A stretch of DNA of 12,540 nt from a bacterium (GTDB lineage Archaea; Thermoplasmatota; E2; JACPAO01; JAHFTW01): the NCBI GenBank assembly GCA_040390065.1, contig JAZJZE010000001.1, forward strand, positions 250,168 to 262,707. Reading direction: 5' to 3'. Below the pieces are notes generated by a model. That model made no database searches. It had not been told where the DNA came from and saw only the letters and a list, made by a program, of their open reading frames with translations. Shown here piece after piece: positions 1 to 6,374 of this stretch. Both the position numbers and the translations under genes were made by a program. Within the stretch, counting starts at the first letter, position 1; every line of letters starts with the position of its first letter.

Positions 1-55
1 CAAGGAATCCCCGAGGCCGCCGCAGCGACCTTGGGGTCGAATCCTGGCCTCTGCA
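1..55 (+). tRNA. Degenerate tRNA-like 3' portion (T-arm + acceptor strand), cut by the window edge; possibly a tRNA pseudogene or remnant
   Basis: TTGGG-GTCGAAT-CCTGG (31-47) resembles a T-arm: the loop has G instead of T54 and the stem needs three G-U pairs. It is followed by CCTCTGC-A (48-55), shaped like an acceptor 3' strand plus discriminator. The 5' half is not visible. Confidence 0.3.
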
Positions 56-80
56 TCCAAGGAGATGTCGACCGCTCCGG

Positions 81-251
81 CGTCCGGATTCACGGCGCGT
101 CGGTCCCCACCGAGGTAGGGCGCGCTCCGCCGGCTGCGAGCAGGAGCAGGTCAAGTGCCCGACACCGCGCCTGGACTTGGAGGTTTGGGAGTTGGATGCC
201 AGTCCCAGCGTCCCGTTTCACTCGGCGCTGGTCCCCACTGGTGTAGGGCGC
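81..251. repeat. Two copies of an imperfect ~40-nt intergenic direct repeat with a conserved hairpin (period 128 nt)
   Basis: GGTCCCCAC-CGAG-GTAGGGCGC (102-123) vs GGTCCCCAC-TGGT-GTAGGGCGC (230-251): 19/22 identical, with all mismatches in the 4-nt loop. Similarity extends upstream (CGTCCGGATTCAC 81-93 vs CGTCCCGTTTCAC 209-221). Confidence 0.65.
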
Positions 252-300
252 CGTCGCGGGTTGAGGGCAGGGCTGGCGGATCTTGGCACGCTACGTCGAC

Positions 301-1866
301 TCAAGTCGCTTGCGGGCACTGCGAATTCTGGTTGGGTGCCAAGTCGCTGTAGCCCATGATGGTGGCTTTCCACACGAGGGTCTTGCCGGCGAGGCCCTTG
401 TCCCCGTAGCCGTAGGCAAACGGTGGCGGCACGAACAGCGTGACCGTTTCGCCCTTGGCCAGTCCGATGAGGCCCCACCCGTAGCCGGGCACCGCGTTCG
501 TGCCGGCGCCCAGCGTGACGCAGAAGTCGCCATTGTGTTGGACGGCATTGCCGTGGCTGTCGTCCAGGTCGTAGTGCGTCTGGATGTGCTGGCCGGCGGC
601 CGTGACGCGGCCCAGGTCGGCTTGCACGTGGAACGTGAAGGTCCGCGTCGCCCCCGCCGCGTGCAGTTCCGCCGTCAGGTTCTGGGCGGGCGTGCCGGCG
701 GGCACGTGCAGCGTCGCCACTGTGGCAGCCCAGGCGCTGTTGGTGGCGCCGTGGCCGGCGATGGTGCCCGCCGGCGCGGCAAAGGACGCGCTCCATCCAG
801 CCGGCAAGGCTGCGCCGCTTTCGCCCGTCAGGCTCCACGCGTAGTCCAGCGCGGCGGTGCCGTTGTTGTGGATCCAGACGTACTGCGATTCCGTGGTGGA
901 GCAGACGTTCCAGACGCCGGGCGTGATGAGGTCCAGTTCGACACCGGCGGACGGGGCGGGCAGCGGCGCGTTGGGGACGGAGGGGCAGACCGGGTTCCTC
1001 TCAGCCGTCGGCGTCTTGCTCGTGATGGCCACGACCCGGATGGACGTGATGGTGGGGCCGGGCGGCGCCTGCATGGCGTTGATGGCGTCGGAGACGTCGC
1101 GGCCCAGGACCAGGATGCCGAAGACTGCATACCCGTCGGGGCTGGCAAGCGACCCTGGGCACGACGACGTCGTGGTCGTGTCGAGCGAGCAGTTGTCCTT
1201 GGCGTTGATGAAGAACTCCGTCGTTGCGGATGCCGCGGTGTCGGTTCGCGCCATGGCCAGCGTGTACTTGCTGTTGAGCAGTCTCGTCGTGGCGGCCTCG
1301 TCGATGATGGCGGCGTGCGTCGCCGTCTTCTGGTCGGATTCGCCACCTCCTTGGTTCACGAAGCCAGGCACGATGCGGTAGAAGTGCAGCCCGTCGTAGA
1401 AGCTCTCACCCACGTAGGTGAGGAAGTTCTTGGCCGTGACCGGCGCCTTGGTGGAGTAGATCTCGGCGGCCATGCAGCCGGCGGAGGTGTTGATCTCGAC
1501 GACCGGGTCCTTCACGTCCTGCAACGTGATGGTCGAGGAGTCGACGCCGCAGACCGTGCCAGCCGCGTTGGCCGCAGGTCCGTTCGTGTCCCCGCGGGTG
1601 AAGTACCAGCCTGCGCCAACGAGGAGGGCGACGAGGACCACGGCCACGGCGGCCTTCTTTCCCGTGCTCCACGCCGGTGTGCCAGCGGCCACGCCGCCTT
1701 CCTCGACGCGCGTGAACTTGCCGACCTTGCCCTTGCGCCATTCGGGGGCGTCCTGCCAGCCGCCGTCGGGCGCTTGGTCACGTGCGCCGCACTTGGGGCA
1801 CTTGATGGTGCGCGAATTGGCCTTGGCCTGGAACGTCGTGGTGCAGGAGGGGCAGCGGAGCTTCAT
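301..1866 (-). CDS. Membrane-anchored dual-family peptidyl-prolyl isomerase: Zn-ribbon + TM + cyclophilin + Ig-like + FKBP-like domain (521 aa)
   Basis: N-terminal CPSC-x14-CPKC; hydrophobic helix at aa ~72-89; cyclophilin motifs APVTAKNF, FYRIVPGFVNQGGG, LAMAR, SATTEFFIN, GYAVFG; C-terminal FKBP motifs HY, VPGYGWGLIGL, GETVTLFVPPPFAYG, GKTLVW. Confidence 0.9.
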   Translation of the reverse strand: MKLRCPSCTTTFQAKANSRTIKCPKCGARDQAPDGGWQDAPEWRKGKVGKFTRVEEGGVAAGTPAWSTGKKAAVAVVLVALLVGAGWYFTRGDTNGPAANAAGTVCGVDSSTITLQDVKDPVVEINTSAGCMAAEIYSTKAPVTAKNFLTYVGESFYDGLHFYRIVPGFVNQGGGESDQKTATHAAIIDEAATTRLLNSKYTLAMARTDTAASATTEFFINAKDNCSLDTTTTSSCPGSLASPDGYAVFGILVLGRDVSDAINAMQAPPGPTITSIRVVAITSKTPTAERNPVCPSVPNAPLPAPSAGVELDLITPGVWNVCSTTESQYVWIHNNGTAALDYAWSLTGESGAALPAGWSASFAAPAGTIAGHGATNSAWAATVATLHVPAGTPAQNLTAELHAAGATRTFTFHVQADLGRVTAAGQHIQTHYDLDDSHGNAVQHNGDFCVTLGAGTNAVPGYGWGLIGLAKGETVTLFVPPPFAYGYGDKGLAGKTLVWKATIMGYSDLAPNQNSQCPQAT

Positions 1867-1892
1867 GGCCGTTGGTCGGCAGGCTGGCGTGC

Positions 1893-1907
1893 GCTACAAG
1901 AGGCTTC
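1893..1907 (-). promoter_or_regulatory. Possible internal BRE/TATA-like promoter for the fusion gene
   Basis: Minus strand GAAGCCTCTTGTAGC about 30 nt upstream of ATG 1866, in a 61-nt intergenic gap. It resembles GAAGGCTTTT upstream of 3306. Confidence 0.3.
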
Positions 1908-1927
1908 TGGCTGGCCGGTCCGTGCGG

Positions 1928-2668
1928 CTATGATGGGGGGCAGGCGTTGAGGAACTGGACCACGCGCACGGTCCAGTAGAGCGTCTGGCCCTGGAGGTCG
2001 CCTTGGTCGTAACCATACGCAAAGGGCGGCGGCACGACCAGCGTCACGGTCTCCCCTGGGGCAAGTCCGACCGCCCCGAACGAGTAGCCCGGGACGGCGT
2101 TCTGGCTGCCAAGCAGGATGCAGAAGTCCGCCTCCTGCAGGCGGGCCCCGTCCTGGCCGCGCAGGTCGAAGTGCGTGTTGACGGTGTCGCCCAGCCGACT
2201 GATGCGCAGGCGTTCGGCGCCGATGCCAAGCACGGCAGCCCGCGTTCCTCCGCCCGCGTGCAATTCGATTGGCACGTCGCCGGCGGTCGCATTGTCCGGC
2301 AAGCGCAGCGTCACCATCGTGCGGCCCCAATCGTCGTACAGGTAGCGCCCGTTCGTCAGGCGCTTCGTGCCGAGGGCTTCGAGGGCACCGCCGGCCGGCG
2401 AGAACGAGACCGTCCAGTCCTTGGGCAGCGGCGCTCCGCCGGCCAGGGTCATGGTCCACGAGAACGCGATGCGGTGGGGCGCCGTGTTGTGAATCCAGGC
2501 CATCGTGGCGTCCGTGAGGTTGCTCACCGTCCAATGTCCGGGCACGATGAAGTCGAGGTCGGTCACCGGCACGGCCGTCGCGGGGGTCGTCGTCGTGGTG
2601 GCTGGTTCCGTGCCGGCACAGCCCGCGACGAGCACAATGGCCAGCGCGGCAAGCGGCCAGCCTTTCAT
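1928..2668 (-). CDS. Lipoprotein with Ig-like domain + FKBP-type PPIase-like domain (246 aa)
   Basis: Start moved to ATG 2668 (MKGWPLAALAIVLVAGC, lipobox), which overlaps the upstream stop as ATGA. Thr-rich tether; FKBP motifs VPGYSFGAVGL, GETVTLVVPPPFAYG, GQTLYW. Colinear with aa ~310-521 of the 301-1866 protein. Confidence 0.88.
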   Translation of the reverse strand: MKGWPLAALAIVLVAGCAGTEPATTTTTPATAVPVTDLDFIVPGHWTVSNLTDATMAWIHNTAPHRIAFSWTMTLAGGAPLPKDWTVSFSPAGGALEALGTKRLTNGRYLYDDWGRTMVTLRLPDNATAGDVPIELHAGGGTRAAVLGIGAERLRISRLGDTVNTHFDLRGQDGARLQEADFCILLGSQNAVPGYSFGAVGLAPGETVTLVVPPPFAYGYDQGDLQGQTLYWTVRVVQFLNACPPS

Positions 2669-3306
2669 GCCAAGACCCGGATGGATTCGATGACGATGGG
2701 CGTCACGGGGCACGTCGTGTCCCCCAACGGGCAGGCCTTGAGCGGCACCTTCTGCATCGCGTCGACCACGTCGCTGCCGAGGATGACGACGCCGAAGACA
2801 GCATAGCCGTCGGGCGAGACGCCTCCCGGGTCGAGGTTGTGCGTCGGGTTGGCCGCCGTGTTGTCCTGGGCGTTGACGAAGAACTCGCTGGTGGCCGAGT
2901 CGGCGGCGCTGAGGCGCGCCATGGAGAACGTGTAGCGCAGGTTGTGCAAGCCCGAGGTCTTCGCCTCGTTCTTGATTGCGGTGTGCGTGCCGGAGCCGCG
3001 GTCGCGTTCGCCGCCGCCTTGGTCCACAAAGCCCTTCACGATGCGGTAGAAATGCGTGTTGTCGTAGAACGATTCGCCAACGTAGGCCTTGAAGTTGGCC
3101 ACTGTGATCGGCGCCTTGGCATCATACAGGTCCGCGACCATGCAGCCCATGCTGGTCTTGATGAGGACGGCCGTATCGGTTGCATCGCCAAGGGAAAGCC
3201 CCGAACGCGTTGCGTCGCACGTGGTCCGCACCGTGGCCGGTCCTTCCGTGCCGGCGCAGCCCGCAAGCGATGCCCCGAGCAGCAACAGGACGCACAGGCC
3301 CTTCAT
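2665..3306 (-). CDS. Cyclophilin-type peptidyl-prolyl cis-trans isomerase lipoprotein (213 aa)
   Basis: Signal peptide with LAGC lipobox; APITVANF, FYRIVKGFVDQGGG, FSMAR, SATSEFFVN, GYAVFG motifs of the PpiA/PpiB-type cyclophilins. Confidence 0.93.
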   Translation of the reverse strand: MKGLCVLLLLGASLAGCAGTEGPATVRTTCDATRSGLSLGDATDTAVLIKTSMGCMVADLYDAKAPITVANFKAYVGESFYDNTHFYRIVKGFVDQGGGERDRGSGTHTAIKNEAKTSGLHNLRYTFSMARLSAADSATSEFFVNAQDNTAANPTHNLDPGGVSPDGYAVFGVVILGSDVVDAMQKVPLKACPLGDTTCPVTPIVIESIRVLA

Positions 3307-3330
3307 GCCCTGCCGACCCGTGCAGGTGCG

Positions 3331-3340
3331 AAAAGCCTTC
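3331..3340 (-). promoter_or_regulatory. Putative archaeal BRE/TATA-like promoter of the PPIase cluster (leaderless)
   Basis: Minus strand GAAGGCTTTT ending 24 nt upstream of ATG 3306; no Shine-Dalgarno evident. Confidence 0.4.
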
Positions 3341-3378
3341 GGACAGGCGGGGCCGGGGGCGCCGTCGTGAAGCCTGCC

Positions 3379-3385
3379 TTTTTAT
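3379..3385 (+). promoter_or_regulatory. Putative TATA box for gpsA (divergent promoter region)
   Basis: TTTTTAT, the most AT-rich run in the intergenic region, ends 24 nt before TTG 3410. Confidence 0.5.
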
Positions 3386-3409
3386 CGTGCGCCTTCGTCG
3401 CAAGGTTCC

Positions 3410-4414
3410 TTGATTGAGGGCTCCTCCGGCGACGTCCCCGTGGCGGTCGTCGGCGCCGGCGGTTTCGGCACGTGCCTGGCCTCCCTGCTGGCCCGCAAAG
3501 GCGTGGAGGTGCGGCTCTGGTGCCGCGGGTCCGAGTATGCCCAGGAGCTGTCCAACCTGCGGGAGAACCGGCGGTACCTTCCCGGCGTCAAACTGCCGAT
3601 CAACATCTGGATCACCTCCAACCTGCAGGACGCGGTCGCAGGCGCCGAGGTCGTGGTCGCGGCCGTGCCAAGCCAGCACATGCGCACGACGATCCGGTCC
3701 GTCGCACCCCACCTGGAAACGCGCGTCAAGGTCCTGAACGTCGCCAAGGGCATCGAGCATGACACGTACCTGCGCATGAGCGAAGTCGTGCAACAAGAAG
3801 TGGGCCCCAACGTCCCGGTCGCGACGCTCAGCGGCCCGAACTTCGCCGAGGAGATCGCCCGCGGCATGCCGTCCGCCACGGTCATCGCGAGCAAGCACCC
3901 GGCCGCGCTCAACCTCCTATGCGACCTGTTCACGACGGATTGGTTCAAGGCGTACGCGCGCCGCGACGTGGTGGGCGTCGAGCTTGGCGGCGTCATGAAA
4001 AACATCACGGCCATCGCGACGGGAGTCACGCAAGGCATCGGGTTCGGCCAGAACTCCGCAGCCGCCGTCATCACCCTCGGCCTCGACGAGATGGTGCGCT
4101 TCGGGGTCGCCCATGGCGCCCGCAAGGAGACATTCACTGGCTTGTCCGGCCTCGGCGACCTGATCCTGACGGCGACAAGCAGCCGCAGCCGCAACCACCG
4201 CGTCGGCGAGCTTCTGGGCAAGGGCCTGTCCTTCAAGGACACGATGGCGAGCATGGGCGGCCAGGTCGCAGAAGGCGTCTTTGCCGCGAAATTCGTGCAC
4301 GAGCAGGCGGAGAAGGAAGGCATCCCGCTGCCGCTCACCGCGGAAATCTACCGCATCCTCTACGAGGGCAAGGACGTGCGCAAGGCGGTGTCCGACTTGC
4401 TGAGGCTCCTCTAG
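3410..4414 (+). CDS. gpsA: NAD(P)H-dependent glycerol-3-phosphate dehydrogenase
   Basis: GAGGFG Rossmann motif, AKGIE, SGPNFA, GGVMKNITAIA, GLSGLGDL, SRN, AEG: the full GpsA motif set. The TTG start is uncertain by a few codons. Confidence 0.95.
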   Translation: MIEGSSGDVPVAVVGAGGFGTCLASLLARKGVEVRLWCRGSEYAQELSNLRENRRYLPGVKLPINIWITSNLQDAVAGAEVVVAAVPSQHMRTTIRSVAPHLETRVKVLNVAKGIEHDTYLRMSEVVQQEVGPNVPVATLSGPNFAEEIARGMPSATVIASKHPAALNLLCDLFTTDWFKAYARRDVVGVELGGVMKNITAIATGVTQGIGFGQNSAAAVITLGLDEMVRFGVAHGARKETFTGLSGLGDLILTATSSRSRNHRVGELLGKGLSFKDTMASMGGQVAEGVFAAKFVHEQAEKEGIPLPLTAEIYRILYEGKDVRKAVSDLLRLL

Positions 4415-4689
4415 CCAGCAACCGGAAGCGCGTGGCGGCCGGGGTGAGTGTACCCGAGTCCGTCGCGCACATGGTGCAGCCGTTCCAGCTTCGCAAGCAC
4501 GTCGCGGCCGTCGGGGCCGACGGGGACGCGGCGGTTGTCGATGAGGACGTATTGTGCAAGCCGCCGCGCCGCGGCAAACGGCTGGTGCTCGCGCAGGCCG
4601 CGCAGGAACGCCTTGGAGTCGACGAAGATCTTGAGTCCGCGGCGTTTCAGGAGGGCGTTGAGGGTCGAACGCATGGCCGATGCCACCAC
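4411..4689 (-). CDS. Small basic hypothetical protein (87-92 aa)
   Basis: Fills the gap between gpsA and the hydrolase; strong G/C bias at codon position 3; shares CTAG stop overlap with gpsA; TAAATA box (4716-4711) upstream. Start is GTG 4689 or ATG 4674. Confidence 0.6.
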   Translation of the reverse strand: MVASAMRSTLNALLKRRGLKIFVDSKAFLRGLREHQPFAAARRLAQYVLIDNRRVPVGPDGRDVLAKLERLHHVRDGLGYTHPGRHALPVAG

Positions 4690-4778
4690 CGAATCCTTCG
4701 GTCCTGGACCTATTTAGGCAAGGCCCGCAAAAGGTCATCAACTGCGGCAAGGGCCCGGCGCGGCGCATCCGAGGGCGG

Positions 4779-4788
4779 CAACGCTTAT
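4779..4788 (+). promoter_or_regulatory. Putative BRE/TATA-like promoter for the hydrolase-GTPase pair
   Basis: CAACGCTTAT ends 26 nt before GTG 4815, consistent with a leaderless transcript. Confidence 0.4.
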
Positions 4789-4814
4789 GGGGGATGGAGG
4801 ACGCTCGGCGGCCT

Positions 4815-6374
4815 GTGCGCCTGACCGCCATCACCTTGGCCGCCCTCCTTGTCGTGCCCCTGGCCGGCTGCTTCGGGTCGAGTGCGCCCCCGCGTGCCGT
4901 GGCGCCCGCCGACGTCGGGTTCGATCCGGCAAGCGTGCACGTCGACCGGGTGACCTCTGCCAACTACACGGTCGCCTCCGTGGATGCGGCCAAGCTCGCG
5001 GTCATCGCGCAAGTCCCAGCCACGAACGACACGGTCGCCGGACACGCTCCGGCCTGGCCAGTCGTCATCTTCTTGCACGGCTGGGGCGGGCAGAAGGAAG
5101 ACTACGCGCCGCAGTTGGCGCAATTCGCCGAGGCGGGATTCATCTCCATCGCGTACGATGCCCGCGGCTTCGGTGCCTCGCAGGGTCAGACGACCGTCGC
5201 CGGGACCATCGAGCAATCCGACCTCGGCGCAATCATCGCCGATGCGCGCGTACGCTTCCCGCCGACCGGCCGCATCGGCATCGTCGGCCAGTCGTACGGT
5301 GGCGGCCAGGCGCTTCTTGCGTGGGCCAACAACGACGACGTCACCACCGTCGTGTCGCAGTACGGTTGGACGGACTTGGCCGCCGGCCTCATCCCCGCAA
5401 ACGTACCGAAGGCGGAGTGGGCCCAGAGCCTGTACGCGTACGGCCTTGTCGGGGCGAAGGGGGATTACAGCCCGATGATCACGGCGTGGTACCAGCAGTT
5501 GTACACGCGGCAGGACTTGGGCACGGTGCGCAAGGAGATGCTTGACCGCAGCGTCGTCGGCCACATGGCGCAAGTCACGAAGCCCCTCTTTGCCTGTCAG
5601 GGCATGCAGGAGAGCCTCTTCCCGCAGATCGACTCGGTCTGGTCCGGCGCCGGCGGCTTCACGCGTGCGTACGTGTACCAGGGCGGGCACGGCGGCGACG
5701 ACCCCGGATGCTGGAGCCGCACCCTCGACTGGTTCGAGTTCTTCCTCGCCGGCTTCGACACGCGCGTCGATTCCTGGCCCGCGCTCGAGACGGTCGACGC
5801 CTCGGGCCTCGGCGGTTCCTTCGTCTATTCCTCGGCACCAGCTGCCATTCTGCACCCGTACCATCTGCGCGGTGCCGACTTGTACGATGGCCCCGCCAGC
5901 GATGCGGCGTTCGACGTCAAGCAGACCCTCATCGGCCAACCCGCCAGCGACCCGTCCGGCTTGTGGGACCGCGCCGGCGTGCCCAACCAATTCCTCCCCG
6001 ACGGCGTGCGCGCTGACCCGAGCACCGTGAGCTTTGCGATGCCGTTCGACGGGACGCTCATCGGGGCGCCGACCTTGAGGCTGCACCAAACGGCCGGCGG
6101 AACACCCTTCCAAGTGACCGGGCAAATCCTGCGCCTTCGCGCCGACGGCTCCAGCCAGATCCTCAGCCACGCAGCCGCAGCCGCACTCAAGGCCGACGAT
6201 GTGACGAATGGCGACATCGCCTTGCAGTTCCACTGGGTGCGCGCGACGTTCGCGCCTGGCGACAAGATCGTGCTGCGCCTTTCATCCAACGACGAGTCAT
6301 GGTGGATGCCCCTGTTTGCCAACTACGACGTGACGTTCGACGGCCACTCGACGCTTGAACTCCCCTTCGCATGA
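4815..6374 (+). CDS. CocE/NonD family (peptidase S15-like) alpha/beta-hydrolase lipoprotein
   Basis: Signal peptide with PLAGC lipobox (start GTG 4815; ATG 4794 is the alternative); HGWGG, YDARGFGASQG, nucleophile motif GQSYGG, GGH, and a C-terminal beta-sandwich (GAPTLRL...PGDKIVLRLSS) typical of CocE/PepX. Confidence 0.85.
   Translation: MRLTAITLAALLVVPLAGCFGSSAPPRAVAPADVGFDPASVHVDRVTSANYTVASVDAAKLAVIAQVPATNDTVAGHAPAWPVVIFLHGWGGQKEDYAPQLAQFAEAGFISIAYDARGFGASQGQTTVAGTIEQSDLGAIIADARVRFPPTGRIGIVGQSYGGGQALLAWANNDDVTTVVSQYGWTDLAAGLIPANVPKAEWAQSLYAYGLVGAKGDYSPMITAWYQQLYTRQDLGTVRKEMLDRSVVGHMAQVTKPLFACQGMQESLFPQIDSVWSGAGGFTRAYVYQGGHGGDDPGCWSRTLDWFEFFLAGFDTRVDSWPALETVDASGLGGSFVYSSAPAAILHPYHLRGADLYDGPASDAAFDVKQTLIGQPASDPSGLWDRAGVPNQFLPDGVRADPSTVSFAMPFDGTLIGAPTLRLHQTAGGTPFQVTGQILRLRADGSSQILSHAAAAALKADDVTNGDIALQFHWVRATFAPGDKIVLRLSSNDESWWMPLFANYDVTFDGHSTLELPFA

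Noticed and set aside
81-260. CRISPR array
   Set aside because: Only two imperfect copies, a 128-nt period and no cas genes.
31-359. Short plus-strand ORFs at the left edge
   Set aside because: No motifs, mutually overlapping, and the region is better explained as non-coding repeats.
283-1950. 555-aa plus-strand ORF
   Set aside because: Antisense shadow of the PPIase fusion gene; Arg/Gly-rich with no motifs, expected in high-GC DNA.
2669-2713. N-terminal extension of the FKBP lipoprotein in the ORF track
   Set aside because: It overlaps the cyclophilin gene; ATG 2668 gives a proper signal peptide and ATGA coupling.
4680-4793. N-terminal extension of the hydrolase ORF
   Set aside because: It covers the divergent promoter region and would bury the lipoprotein signal peptide.
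4785-6233. 482-aa minus-strand ORF
   Set aside because: Antisense shadow of the hydrolase gene; no recognisable motifs.
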